The position numbers and the translations under genes were made by a program. A stretch of 64,000 nucleotides of DNA, from positions 558,001-622,000 of the forward strand of contig MCFH01000012.1 of the NCBI GenBank assembly GCA_002104945.1, given 5' to 3'. Shown in pieces: positions 1-14,282 of this stretch (within the stretch, counting starts at the first letter, position 1; each line of letters begins with the position of its first letter). This DNA is from Piromyces finnis finn (taxonomy: Eukaryota; Fungi; Neocallimastigomycota). The notes under the pieces were generated by a model. It had not been told where the DNA came from, ran no database searches, and saw only the letters and a list, made by a program, of their open reading frames with translations.

Positions 1-1419
1 GGGTCATTCCATGGTTTGTCTATTTTTCGTTATTATATAAATATAATGAATGAAGTCTCGGTATTAATTTTTTTTTTTTTTTTTTTTATTGTCAAAAATC
101 TTTTATAATAAATATATTTGGATTTTTTTTTTATTTTTAAATATAAAATTAATTAAAAGGGTGGTATTCTTATAACTGAAGCATATAAGTAACTATTCAT
201 TTAGTTAATATTTCCAATAACATATCATCAGTTTATATTTCTAATAATATTAAAAAAAACTTAATTTTTCATTAAATGTATTGGAATAATTATATAACCT
301 AGAATAATATCCTATAAACAAAGTAGAAACAAAGGTAAGTATTTAAATATATGTATTTAATTATTATAAAGAGAAATAGGTATTTATAATGTTATTTTAA
401 ATAAATATATAAATATATATATTATAATAGGAAATGATAAACTAAACATTATTGGTTTATTTGGATTTGACTCACCATACTTTGGTCTTGCAGTAGATTC
501 TGTAGCAAATGCAGGAATGAAACAAATAGAGGAACCGTTATCCTCAGCTGTTAATTATGTTACATCGTATTTTGGAAATAATAATAATAATAATAATAAT
601 GAAAGTGAAAATCTTAAAAGTGATAAAGAAAATGACATTAAGAATAACAGCAATGAAAGTAATGATAATAAAAGGGATATAGAAGAAAATATTAAATCAT
701 CAAATAATAACAACAGTAATAATAGTAATGATGATAAAATTAATGACAGCAACAACAATAGTGATAAGGGTAATGATAAGAAGGATAATAATGGAAATCA
801 ATATTGGAATATATTAGGGGTTGCATCAGCTGTCATTGCAGGTTTGACTGTTGCATATGGTGCAATAGTAAATAAAGATGTACGAGAATCACTTATGTTT
901 AATAGCCAACAAATACTGACAGAAGTATCTCAATTCTTAATACCATATGGAAAATTCTTAGAACCTCTACTTGAAAAAGGAAATCAATATCAAAATATTG
1001 ATTATTTAATAAATAATCGTGTACCTTTTAAGAATTATTATCCAATTGTAACTATTTTTTTTATACTATTATTTTGTATATATATATATTATTTTATTTT
1101 ATTTTTTATTTTAATTAGTTTTCATTTTAAACATTAATTAAATAATATTTATTATTATTATTATTATTATTTTATTTTTTATTTATTATAGACAAAGATT
1201 AAAGATGGTAAAGAAAGTTTTCAAGCAACAACATTTATTTCTCTACCCAGTGAAGAAAAATACCTTAAATTATTTGATTCAGTTCCTGCAGCTGAAGATG
1301 CAGCAAATCCAATCTATTCGCATGTAAATATGTTTAATATTAGAACAAATAGAGAAAATGTATTCAAATTACTAGAGAAATGTATTCAAGATATATATGA
1401 TATTATTAAATGTATTTAA
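1..1419 (+). CDS. Alpha/beta-hydrolase (DUF676/putative serine esterase-like), multi-exon, 5' end outside the window
   Basis: Spliced reading gives GHSM|GGILITEAY (GxSxG nucleophile elbow; exons about 1-13 and 161-189), then NIIGLFGFDSPYFGL running into ORF 517-1137. A last exon at about 1191-1419 (TTFISLP...SHVNMF) ends at TAA. GT-AG introns are present. Confidence 0.7.
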
Positions 1420-1824
1420 AATCTTCTCACTAGAAAAATTTCTTAATTTGAAAACAAATTATATAGATGTATTATTATAATTAATAATGTATATGTTTAT
1501 GTTATATCTATCCAAGAAGAAAAAAATAAAAGATTATTTTTTCTCAAAATATAAATAAAATTATATCGTTTTTAAAAATGAAAAGTGTAATATAATTTAT
1601 AGGCTTTATTTTTTTTTTTATTAATATAATTCTATTATAATTAGGTATATTGTTTTCATTTTAATCTATGTCTAAATAGAAATATTAAAAAAATAGTAAT
1701 AGTTTCTTTTTTTATAATGTATTAAGTTAGGAAATAATAAATGTAAACCAATTTAAAAGTTAGAACTATATATAAATTTTAATAGATAAATAAAAAAAAA
1801 AAGGATTATAATCCTTTTAAATTT

Positions 1825-4800
1825 TTAAATATAATTATTCAGAACATTTAATTTTTTATTCACACTGACATACTTGAGTTTTCCATTTGAAATGGTATAC
1901 AATTCTGAACAATATTTGTAGAATAGTATGTATTTTTCAATGAGTATTTTCCTATTTTTATTTGATTTTTCTACTGGACATCCGCATATATAGGAGTTAT
2001 GGATTAGACATTTTTTATGGTTGATAAAATCAAAATAATATGTTGAATCATCTCTTCCGGTAGTTATTGTATGAATTTTATCCATAGAAAAAAGTATAAA
2101 TATAATTAGATAACCAATTGAATTCCATATTATTTCTAATAAAATTCTATTGTATCTTTTATTTTGTAAAAATAAAAATCCGATAATCTATTGTTTAATA
2201 TTTAATCACCATCATAAATAATTTATCATTTCATTTATTAATATAATAATAATAATAATAATAATAATAAAGAAGAAGAAAAAGAAGAAAAAGAAGAAAA
2301 TAGTTTATTAATTATTATTGAAAAAAATAAAAATTTTTTAATTTGTTATATATTATAAAATATTTGTTCATTATATACTTTACATTAATCAATGGACCAA
2401 ATACTATCCATATGATCATAGAATGCATAATATTTTTAATGCATCTAAATATGCAATTGTTATATATGATATTTTTTCCTTTAATGATAATAAATATAAT
2501 ATACATCATTTCAAAAATGTTATAAATGAAATCCATCGTTTCTAAGGTACATTTATAATACCATTCTCCACTTTCATTTTGAACAATGTTTAAACTATAC
2601 GTTTTTTCATAATAGATGAATTTTGAGATAATTATATAAATGGTTAATATAATAAACATGGGAAACAATATTATATGATTAAGTAATGTGGAATGTGTAT
2701 TTCTAATATTTTTTATAATGATGTTAATAACATTTTTCAATTGAATTTTTTCACCAATTATATTTTTATTTATAAAAGAATCCATATTATCTCTTTGATC
2801 GTCATTTTGGTTGGGATTTAATAAACTATTCATTAATTTATATAATATTAATATTTTGTAGTAATTTGTTTCATATTCCATAATTAGCTTTTCACAATTT
2901 CTATTATTATAACGACTAACCCTATTATGTTCGTTATCAAAATTTATCTTGGCCTCTATTATTTCAATTGTATTTGATTGAGAGCTTGATTCGGTATTTT
3001 CATTACATTTTTCTTCAACTAACGGATTTGTATTTATAATATCATACTTTTCTCCCTCATTGATTATAATATTGGTTATTCCTAATTCCCGTCCTAAAGT
3101 TACATAAATGTTAATAAAAACTAGAGATAATGTGATTCCAACATGTTTTAATAAAAAATTTATGAAACATCCTAAATAAGAATTATAGATATAAAATATC
3201 ATACTTGTGAAAACTAAAAATAGTCCAAAAGGTATAAAAAGATTTTTTAAAAGACCCGTATCTTTAATAATATTCTTTTTCCTATTAAATACAATAAATA
3301 ACATATAGAGCACTAATATTATCATTATTGATCCTGTTATAATTGTTATTTTTGCATCAACATTTCTATCCAAGAATAACACAGTATGTTTAAGCATATG
3401 CAATTATAAATAAATAAAATTAATATACAATGTTTTAGTGGTGAAATAGAACATGTTGTGGTAAAAATACGATATCATTATTTATTATAAATTATTATTT
3501 TTAAAGATGTAATTAATGTAACTATTTATCTTTTTTTTTCTCTATAATTATACATACTCATAGCTAACAAAATCCTTATCCGTACAATTTTCTCCTTTCC
3601 ATCCTGGTAAGCATACACACCTATTTTTAGATATATCATTGACTAATTCATTGGAATATGGAATACATATTGCAGAAATATCTACTGGACAATTCTCTTT
3701 ACATTTTGGTTCTTCACAATACTGAATATTATTTTTATCTATCATTTTTATTTGATACTTACTACATTCTTTTATATTTATTTCAATAGAAGAAAACTTA
3801 AAATTTATTTCATCATTATAATTTTCAATAATAGGTGTAATAATGTATGTACTAGGATTAGCAAATAATTGAAGATAATTCATTTCACATATTCCTTATA
3901 ATTTTTAATAAAAATAAAAAAAAAAACAACAATTTCAAATGAATTAAAATAGTTGATTATATATATAACAAACAAATAATAAATTATATTTAATATTTTT
4001 TTTTTTACCATTGATAAAAGTTCCTGAATTTCCTAATAAATAATAATTATTTTTTTTATTTTTATTATCAATATCAGCATTCAATTCAATCGTATTTATC
4101 ATATTATCTTTTTTTATGACAGTTAATTTTAATGTTAGTAAAGAATAATATTTTACTCTATCTATAACAAGATTATTAAAATCGTTATATAATGAAAATT
4201 TTAATTTAAAATATTCTCCAGAGTATAAATTTTTAATATCCTTCACTTTTGTATCTAAAGTAATATAGGAAGGTTTCGAACTAAAATTATCATCATAAGA
4301 AAGAACTGTATTATTTTCAAACCTATTATTTGTTAAGCTAATAGGTTTATTTTCTAGAAAAGGTATATAAATTGCTGCACCCATAACACCAGCTTTATTG
4401 AATAAAAATTTATTATTTTTAAATATGGCCACATTAAGATTGTTATATTCTGAGTATAAAACACCCCCAAAATTCTTGGCATAATTTTCGTAAAAAATAT
4501 TTTTTTCAAATATAATAGATTCTTTATAGTTTTCTGTAGTTGGACTATTTAAAAAATATATTGCCCCACCATTCTTCGCTGTATTTCTATAAAATTCATT
4601 AGAAGCTAAATATAAATCAGTACTTAAAACATTTTTCAAACATCTATTTAATATACAAAGTAATGTTTATAAAAAAAAAACATTTTTTTATATATTAATA
4701 ATTATTAATTATTATTGTTTTTTATATTCAATTTATATATCACTAACATTGTACTACCATTTCCTTCATTATAATTATTATTAAATTTCGAATTTAATAT

Positions 4801-7082
4801 TGAAAGGGATATGTTATTTTGAAAGCGTATATTGCCACAACTATACTTATTATAATTTGTATTATTACTAAAGTTAATATTTGTTATTGTGACATGAGAC
4901 TGTTCATGAATTTTATATATTAATATTATAATGCATGTGTGTATAAAATTTTTATTTAATAATAAAGTAAAATAAAATATATATATAAAATTTTTTTCTT
5001 TTTTTAATGATTATAAGCTCTTTATATAGAATTACCTTTGCTGAACTAATATCTATGATTGGACTATATGAATTTATATTTTTAAAAGTAGAATCATTTA
5101 AATTTAGTTCATTTACATCTCCTATGATTTTTATCAATGGACCGTTAGTATAAACTTTATTTATATTTAAATTGGATAATTCTAATTTATTTTTTTCGCC
5201 CCATGAACCATATAATATTAAAGATGAGTAATTCATATCTCCAGAATATTTAACATTTTCAGCTACAAGATTATATATAATACAGTTATTATATGAAGAA
5301 TGAATGAGCGCTTTTGAATTTAATATTATATCCTTTATCTTTATATCTTTAAGTAATAATATAGCCTCTTCATTAAATAAACTACTTGTTATACTAATCG
5401 TTCGAATTATTGAGGAAAAAAAAATAATTTTATTATTTTTTGTCATTAATTTTATTATTGTTATTATTACCTAAAATAATACTACCTACCTTAAATTATA
5501 AAATTCTGAATTATAAACCTTAATTTTGGAATACTTTGAATCAATAATTGATGGAATTGAACTTTTAGATTTTATATTTTTAAATATTGTATTTGATAGT
5601 TCATAGTTGGATTTTATGTTGTAAAATAGACTACAAGTTTCTATTTTATTATATCGATTTAATAAAAATAACAACAACGGTAATAATAATTTTATTAATA
5701 TATCTATTAAAACCTTTTTAACTTTTTTTTTCTCCTCACAATTAATATAGTAATACAAAAAAAAAAAAAAAAAACAGAACAAAACATAGTAATACGATGT
5801 ATACTATTAATAATATTAATATTTACTATTAAATAATGAATTTTCTACTACTACTGTATTTCCAGTATGAAATAAATAATTATAATTTGAAAAGCAATTG
5901 TCAAAAGTTGTATTTTTAATTCTTATAAAAAATTTACATATATATTGATTTGATAATATTTTATATATATATTTATAATAGTTGTTAAAATCATGTCATG
6001 ATATAAATATTATATTTTTATATTCTATATATATTCTATACTTTAAATTTAGATCCTCTCCGTATATTAAAGGAATATTTTCTTTAATGTCTATATTTTC
6101 GAAAAAAGAATTATTAATGCTTAATACAGTATTATAGGCGAAAAAAAAAGCCCCTTTTGAAAAAACTTCTTCTCTATCTTTTTGAATATCACTAAAATAG
6201 CCTTTATATATATATATATTATGTGTATAGATACTATATTAATATAAAAGCAATCATATAAATTGATGAATGAATAATATTCTTACAGCTATCTATTTCA
6301 ACTTGTTGTTTTAAAGAAAAGAATAGTCCTCTATTCTTTTCAAATCTACTATTATATATTCTTGTTTTAAAAAATTTATATGGCTCATTATTATAAAAAT
6401 TTATTTTAAATAATTTTTCTGTATTATTCCTAGAATAACATAAAATATAAAAATCTTTTTTTATTAGATTATATATATATATATATATATATATAAAGAA
6501 AAAAGGTTTAGAATATAGATTACATAAATAGTAACGTTACCTGAAAATGCAATTATTTATTTGAATGGAAGGTGTTGAAGACACTACTTTAGAAATAGCT
6601 GCTTCAAATTCAATAAATATAGCTCTATTATTTTTAATGGTACAATTATTAAATATTAAATTAAAATTATCGGTAGATGCGTGGATAGCAAATAGTGGAA
6701 TGGAATACAATGAACTATTTTTATCGAAAGAATTAATAAAAGTAATATTTTCAAATTTTATAGTGTAACCTTTATTTCTTAAAAACATAATATTATATCC
6801 AATAATATTATCTAAGAAATCAAATACAGTTCCATTTTCATTTCCAATAAATGATACATCTCCTGATATCATTAGTTCAAGCGATGAATAGACATTTTCA
6901 AAAGATACATTATAATAATCATCTACAAATATTAATATTAATTCTTTATAATCTTGGTTATTATTTATAATATCTTTTAAATTATTCCAATTATCATTAT
7001 TTTTTATTATAATTTCTTTTTCATATGAAATTATAATGAAAAATAGAATATTAGATAATATATATTGAAGTAATTTATTCAT
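1825..7082 (-). CDS. Non-canonical class C-like GPCR: signal peptide, parallel beta-helix/pectin-lyase-like ectodomain, EGF-like domain, 7TM; multi-exon
   Basis: ORF 6537-7082 starts with a signal-like peptide. ORF 3944-4639 has FxxN-x-A-GGAIY type repeats (NTAKNGGAIY, NYAKNFGGVLY, NKAGVMGAAIY). ORF 3548-3883 has an EGF-like CxCxPGWxGxxC. ORF 2315-3403 has hydrophobic helices. The last exon (about 1825-2188) reads in frame into MDKIH...CLIHNSYICGC. This matches a family known to be expanded in anaerobic fungi. Not all internal exons were resolved. Confidence 0.75.
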
Positions 7083-7503
7083 TTATTCATATATATTTTA
7101 TTATTATTATTTCTTTTTGAAATAGTTGTTAAAAAACAAAATAATAGAAATCTTCTTTAATAATTTTAATTATCTTTTAATGAAAAAAAGAGGATAATTT
7201 AAATTTTTAAAAAAAATGTTATTTTTCAATATAGTTTTTTTTTTTTTTCCTAAAAAAGTTTATATAAAAATCTTACAATTTAAATTTTATTAAAATTCCA
7301 TTATTACCTTTTTTTTTTTTTTTTTTAAATTGATCAAGGTATCTATATTTCTTATTTTTTATAAATTTAAAATTTAATATTATCATCCTTTTTATCCTTT
7401 ACTATGATAATAAACTTTAAAATTTTATGATCCTTTTTCTTAAATAAATCATTTATCTTATATTTCAAATTCTATTTATATTTAAATTTCATGAGGGTAG
7501 GTT

Positions 7504-7664
7504 AATTAGTATTTATCCTAGATTTTTGGAGATTTTAGCCAGACTTTTTACCAGAAAATTCCCTTGTTTTAAAAAATTCCTGGTTAAAAATCTGGTAAAG
7601 GTCAAAATTCTACTGGCTAAATAATCTGGCTAAAATCTCCAAAAATCTAGGATAAATACTAATT
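7504..7664. mobile_element. MITE-like foldback element with perfect 40-bp terminal inverted repeats
   Basis: 7504-7543 (aattagtatttatcctagatttttggagattttagccaga) is the exact reverse complement of 7625-7664. The internal spacer of about 80 bp has a nested IR (tttaccaga/tctggtaaa) and no coding capacity. Confidence 0.7.
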
Positions 7665-8648
7665 CATCAATAATAAAAAAAATTAGTATATAATTACGAA
7701 GTATACAATTAGATTAGAATAAAATATTAAAAGATAAAGCTTTAAATTTGCATGATTTATTATAGATTTTAAATAATAAAGATTTAATTCTACTTAAAAA
7801 TTCAATCCCTTTTACTTAGAAGAGAGATTTAATGTATTTGCTTTTATGATTATTTTTATTATGCATCTTAAGAAAGGAAGTATTAAGTTCCCTTTCTTTT
7901 TTTTTTTTTTTTTAAATTTCTACTTTATTATTTTTAAATTATTATTCATGATTTTTTAACTTTGATGAAATTTATTAAAATATTTTAAATAGGAATAATA
8001 TGAACTTTTGATAATTTTTCTATATTAAAATAAATTATAATATAGTTTTTTTTTTTTTTATACAACGCTCATCACAGTAAAATGCTATTTTAAAACTTTA
8101 TAATTATCTTATTTTTAAAATCCTCACTTGTTAAACTCTATATTATGTATACATTACAAAATGAATATCTCAAATATGTATTCTTAAACAAAACTTTACA
8201 GAATTTCGGAATATTCTATAGTTATAAAATAATAATTTAAAAAATCAATTTTTATTAAAAAAAAACATTGACTTTTTTTTTTTTTTTTTTTTAAAAAATG
8301 TAATATTTAATTCTTAATAAGTTGCAATATCACTATTAAAAGAAACAATTATTTAAAACAAAAACTTGTATATTTAATGTTCATATTAATTTTTTAAAAA
8401 TATTATTATTTCTTAAAAAAGAGATTTTTACATAGTTTTTCATATAATATATATAATTAATATAAAAAGGTAAGGCATTTCCTAGATGATATTATCATTA
8501 AAGGAGAACCAACTTATAGACTTAGAGCGTAACAATCAAAATAAAAATGGAATATTTTTATAATCTAGTAGTGTAGTGAAACAAATTTATTTGTTTCATT
8601 ATGGTATATATATAAATGGTTGATGTACCATTTTTGATGAATAATAGT

Positions 8649-8679
<31 letters not shown>

Positions 8680-8817
8680 CTATGATGAAAAGGTAATAAA
8701 ATAAATCAATGAAGTCATTAAAAAATAAATTAGAAATATAAATAATTGTTAACTAATATGTTATATATTAAAAACATTTTTAACTCCCTATATAATAATA
8801 TTTATAAACTATTATAA

Positions 8818-8849
<32 letters not shown>

Positions 8850-9043
8850 CATTGTAATTGAAGTTTTATTATGGCTAATTTAATTTATTAATGATTTTAT
8901 TTAAATATATATACAATAATATGTTATTATTAAAATATTAAAGGGTATTAAACATTTTTTTCATTGATGGATAGAAAAGGTTTAATATTTACTTTTAATA
9001 GATATGTTTTATATTTGAGTTTATTATTAATTTTATCTTTGAT

Positions 9044-10945
9044 TTAATCAATTTCTATAATTTCTAATTCTGGTTTTTTTGTTATGGCTTTAGTATTACT
9101 TTTTTTTCGACTTTGACTTAAATTAGTTCTACCTCTTCTTTTTCTTCTTTTATTAGTTGTAGTAGTAGTTGAAGTAGGGGTACTTTTATTATTCATAGAT
9201 TTTTTATTATCATCGATATTATTAATAATGACACTATCTCCTATAACATTGTCATCGATATCATTAATAATGATACTATCTTCTATAACATTGTTATCGA
9301 TATCATCAATAATGTCATTATTTTCTATATCATTAACATTATTAATTTTTTCCTTGTCTTTGTCATCCTTATCATTGATAGTATTTTTATTGCTTTTACT
9401 TTTACTATTACAATAGCTTTGTCGATTAATTAACATGATATCGTCATCCTCCTCATCTTCAAAATAATTACTAGATGGTTCATCAATATAATCAGTATTA
9501 TTGCTGTGGTCATCATTATTATCCTTAAATATAATTTCATTTCTTTTGGTATTATTCTGTTTACATTTATCAACATTTTTTTTTGTTGTATCTTTAATTT
9601 CAATTAGTATATTGTCATTATTACCTATCATTTTATTACTCTTTTTCATTAAAGAATGATCCGTAGAATCATTATCACTTTCTATCCTATTAGTATCACT
9701 TTTTTGGATATTAGTATTTTTTAGTATACCACTACTAGCATTGTTTTTTGAAATATTTAAATCTTTTATTATTATATCGTCATCAAATGTATTCTTTAAA
9801 GTACTATTATCTGCTACCATAATAGTATTTCCTTCTTTTGAAATTTCTTTACCATTTTGACTTTTATATGGTTTGATTAAATGGGTATTTTCGGATATGT
9901 CCTTTTTTTTTTTCGAATTAATTATATTATCATTTGTTTTCATAGTTTTATTTGAACTTTCATTCTCAACTATATCTATTATATCTTTACTGACCTTATT
10001 TTCAATAATTTCAATTTTTTTAGAATTTAAATCTGATTTCGTATTTTTTGATAAACCATTGGCATTGGAAAACTCTTTTTCTTTGAAATTCTCTATTGCA
10101 GTTTCATTTTCATTTTTAAATAAACTAGAATATTTTTTGATAAGTTTATTTAAATATTGTGTTATTTCTTCCGTAAATATTGCAACCGAGGTTTCAGGAA
10201 TATTTTTCATAAGATGAATGACAATATTTATATCGGTAGAGTCATTACTATTTGATTCTTTTATAATTTTAATTTCATTGCTTATTAATTTTTTATTTAC
10301 TTGTATTGTGTTAATACTCAATTCTGAAAATTCATTCAATGCTTTAATTCTTTTTATATGACCGTTAACTTTTCGTACAATATTAAATCCATACTTTTTC
10401 TTTTTTTTAATATTATTTGGATCAACCTCTTTTACTGAACCTTCTTTTTTTTCATTATCTATATTTTCACCATCATTATCTGTATTTTCATCATCATTAT
10501 TATCATTGCTATCGTTATTTAATTCTGCTTCGATATATTTTTTAGGATTTTCTAGTTTAATTAAAAGGTTTTCTAAATCGCTTTTTAATTCGTCAATAAT
10601 TTTACTAAAAAGATTTAAATTTTTGCTTAAAATGTCACAACTATTTAATTCTTGTGTTATTGCTTCTTTCAATCTGTCCTGTCTATTATATCTTCTCGTA
10701 TATTTTTTTCTTTCCTTTTTGTATTTTGATTGTATTTGATCCTCATTGACTATATCTAAATTATTATTTTCTTTATTTTTGCTTTTGGAATATTCTTCTT
10801 TTGGATAAAGATTTTGGTTTTGATATATTTGAATACTACCATTATTTTTTAAATTTATTAGTTCTCTTTTTATTTTTTTGCAAAACTCTTTAGTATCTTC
10901 AGATCTTTTTACTTTATCAATAGATCTTTTATTTCTATTCACCAT
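9044..10945 (-). CDS. Hypothetical 633-aa low-complexity N/K/D-rich protein, N-terminal coiled coil and C-terminal basic NLS-like tract
   Basis: Single long ORF with ATG and stop; C-terminal KRRKRRGR; no recognisable family. Confidence 0.6.
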   Translation of the reverse strand: MVNRNKRSIDKVKRSEDTKEFCKKIKRELINLKNNGSIQIYQNQNLYPKEEYSKSKNKENNNLDIVNEDQIQSKYKKERKKYTRRYNRQDRLKEAITQELNSCDILSKNLNLFSKIIDELKSDLENLLIKLENPKKYIEAELNNDSNDNNDDENTDNDGENIDNEKKEGSVKEVDPNNIKKKKKYGFNIVRKVNGHIKRIKALNEFSELSINTIQVNKKLISNEIKIIKESNSNDSTDINIVIHLMKNIPETSVAIFTEEITQYLNKLIKKYSSLFKNENETAIENFKEKEFSNANGLSKNTKSDLNSKKIEIIENKVSKDIIDIVENESSNKTMKTNDNIINSKKKKDISENTHLIKPYKSQNGKEISKEGNTIMVADNSTLKNTFDDDIIIKDLNISKNNASSGILKNTNIQKSDTNRIESDNDSTDHSLMKKSNKMIGNNDNILIEIKDTTKKNVDKCKQNNTKRNEIIFKDNNDDHSNNTDYIDEPSSNYFEDEEDDDIMLINRQSYCNSKSKSNKNTINDKDDKDKEKINNVNDIENNDIIDDIDNNVIEDSIIINDIDDNVIGDSVIINNIDDNKKSMNNKSTPTSTTTTTNKRRKRRGRTNLSQSRKKSNTKAITKKPELEIIEID

Positions 10946-12054
10946 AATTTTTTAGTCAATATACTATTTTTAATTACAATAATAATATTAACAACCGTAT
11001 TAAAAAAAAAAAAAAAAATTCTATACTACAAAAAAAAAAAACATTTTAATAGAATATTTAATTATAAATTATTAAATAAAAAAAATATATAAGTATATAA
11101 TAAATACAATTTATCATTATATTTTATTACCTTTTACACACCAAAATATAATATATAAAAACTTATTTTCTTTTTTTCTTTCTAATTTTTAAAATAATTT
11201 AAAAAAAAAAAAAAGGGAAAAGAGAAAGTGTTACATCAATACTATTTAATTTTTTTCTGGTTTAAAATATTAATATGTATTTAAATGGTTATATTAAAAT
11301 GTCAAATTAAAAAACAAAATTATGGCGTATAATGAATCCTATATAATGTATTAATATGTATTATAAAAAAAAAATAATTAATATTAATAATTTTAAAAAA
11401 ATATAATTTTATTATAGTGGCTTGGTATTTAATATTTACTTAAACACAATGAAGCCTATAATAAAGACTTTTTCATTTCTTATATTCAAAATACTTATAA
11501 AGATTTAAAAGCTCTTTTTTTAAAAAAAGAATTACAATTAAATTAGTATTATATTTATTAAATATGAATTTGCGTTGTTTATTATTATATTAATAATAAT
11601 AGTAATAACAAGTAGATTATTATAGTTTTTTTTTACTTTACAATTTTTTTTTTCCTTTTCTTTTTATCTATAAAATATAAATGATTATATTTTATGATTC
11701 TATACATATATACATAAGGCACAAAAAGATAATTATTAATTATATATATATATATATATAATATTAAATACAATCAATATTTTTATATTTCTTGAAGCTG
11801 AAAAAAAAAAACTTTTATTACTATTATAATTTTTTTTTTCAAAATATACACAATTTTATATTTTTTTTTTTATAAATAACATCATTTATTTGATAGATGA
11901 ATCCCTAATAAAAGTTTTTTTTTTAAAAAAATATATTTTTTTTTTTGGTTATCAATCTATATATTAAACATATTTTTTATCAACTTTTATAGAGTTTAGT
12001 TTGGTTTATTTCACCTATTATTGTTTTATTATACATATTCTTACAACATTTATT

Positions 12055-12753
12055 CTAAACCATTTCTTCAGCTTCAGTAATCTTAGTATTGTTATTGGTA
12101 TCAGTATTATTATCATCCTTTTTGGCATTTTCACCTTTAAATTTAGTTAAAAGTTTGATAAGATAGGCTAATACATAAGAAATACCAACAATTGATATAA
12201 ACCAAAAGATAGAAGCAAAAATGGATTGTTCATAGACTTTTAAAAATGGGTATGGACCATCTAATAATTTAGCATAATTTAAAATAACTGTTACAATAGC
12301 GTAAACTAATGTAGGAAGTGCTGCAAAAAGGGCATCTTTATGAGTTGGTTTACCATCCTCAAATAATCCAAAGGATATTACAGAGAGCGCTGGGCAAATA
12401 ACATGATGAAAGAGTTGTGGCCCTTCAAATAATAATATTCTCACACCATTTTTAGTCATTGGAATTAAAACGACAACAACCACTATGAATGTTAAAGCTA
12501 AACAATTAGAACCCATATATCTAATAATTCTTATCCAGTAAGGCATTTCTTGAGATTTAGATTTAACAGAGTATACAATGTAACATATACAAGTTATCAT
12601 TGTAAAAAAATTTGAAAGAACCGTATAATACTTTATATTTTTAAATCCACCATGCTGAAAACATAATGGAATAGCTATAATTTCTAATATTAATATTATA
12701 ATATTTAGTATAATTGCAATTTTTCTTTTACTAAAAATTGATTTTTCTGACAT
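12055..12753 (-). CDS. Pr6Pr/FAR-17a-AIG1-like integral membrane protein, bacterial type, intronless
   Basis: About 6 TM segments with the motifs KYYTVLSN, LFHHVICP and GPYPFL, typical of Pr6Pr-family membrane proteins from Firmicutes. No introns. Confidence 0.7.
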   Translation of the reverse strand: MSEKSIFSKRKIAIILNIIILILEIIAIPLCFQHGGFKNIKYYTVLSNFFTMITCICYIVYSVKSKSQEMPYWIRIIRYMGSNCLALTFIVVVVVLIPMTKNGVRILLFEGPQLFHHVICPALSVISFGLFEDGKPTHKDALFAALPTLVYAIVTVILNYAKLLDGPYPFLKVYEQSIFASIFWFISIVGISYVLAYLIKLLTKFKGENAKKDDNNTDTNNNTKITEAEEMV

Positions 12754-14282
12754 TTTTTCTTTTAAATTTTGAATTAAATTTTGAATTAAATTTTGATTTG
12801 AATTTTCTTTTTGGAAAAAATAATAGTAAACCCTTTTGTTGTTGTTATTATTTTTATTATTTTTTAATTACTTTTTTTTTTTTTTTTTTAACAAATTTAC
12901 TTTTTACTTTTTATTCTTTAACTTTTTTTTTAACAAATTTACTTTTTAGTTTTTATTCTTTAACCTTTTTTTTTTAATCTATTTTAGGAATATTTATATG
13001 AAATTTTCTTAAACTCTATTTTTTGGGTAAAATAAATTTAATTTATTAATTGGATACAAAAGACCTTGAATAATAGTAAAAATTAAATGAATCAAGGGAA
13101 AATTTCTTAATAAATTAAAAATAAATTAAAAATATATGAAAATTATATTAAATGGAAAAATAATCAATGTGTCACAAAAAAAAAGAAAGGAAAAATAAAA
13201 TAATGGAGATTTATAAAAGTATATAATTAATAATTAATAATAATTAGTAATAATACTTTTATAGTGATAATAAATATATATAAATGAACATGATACCACG
13301 TAATGACAACGATAACATGGTCCCTTGCTATAGGGAGAAACTTAATAAAAAAATTAATATAAAATATGTTATTATTACTAACCTATTTATAAATTATACA
13401 TTGATTAAAAAATATTATTATCAATATTCAATTTTTAAAGAATATTGATAATAATATATTTATGTAGGATGTAAGTGATCATAGAATAACATTCATGCAT
13501 TTATAGGGATGTGATTTAAAATTTAATAGTTATATTTAGTGCCTATAGAAAATATTCTTTATAAAAAAAAAGTAAGATTATAAAATTTATTTTATTTCAG
13601 TAATAGTTGATAGAGAAAAGTATTTTTTATTCTTAAATGCCATGTAAAAAATAGATGTAATAATTGTAATACATTATTGTACTTGTACTACATTAATTGT
13701 ATTAATAATGTAATTAATTAATAAATGTAAAAAAAAAAAGATTATTTTTTTTTTAATTTTTTTTTTTTTTAATTACTTTTAGGATAATATTAATATTTAA
13801 ATTAATATTTATTAATTTTACTATTATTCTTTTTATTATTATTAATATTCGGGGGTTTTTTCTTTTCTTTTTTTTTTTTTTTTTTTAATTAATTAAGTGA
13901 TACACATAATTATAAGTAGACAAACACATAAAACTCAGCTTTTATATTTGAAAATAATAAAAATTATTATAATAATTTTAAATAATTTCAAATTGATGCT
14001 TTGTTTTGTTTTTGTTTATTTTTAAAAAAAAAGAAAAAAAAAATTTTTTTTTTTGTTTATATTAGTTTCAATAATAATAATAATTAAAATAATAATTTGT
14101 AAATTACTTTTCACTTTAAAAAAATAATTTAAATGTCAAAAATAATAAGTCAACTATTATATATAATAAATAGAACAACAGTATTACCTTATATAAAAAA
14201 AAAATAATATATATGTTTAAATAAGAAAAAGAAAAAAAAAAAAAAAAAAGAAAAAGAGAAATAGAAATAGAAAAAAAAAAAA

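Noticed and set aside
8470-8545. FLDDIIIKG resembling the Ty3/gypsy RT YLDD motif
   Set aside because: Too short, a stop follows within about 10 codons, and there are no other RT motifs nearby.
12770-12975. Short direct duplications upstream of the Pr6Pr gene (ORF 12738-12977)
   Set aside because: Low-complexity T-rich slippage repeats; the ORF is spurious.
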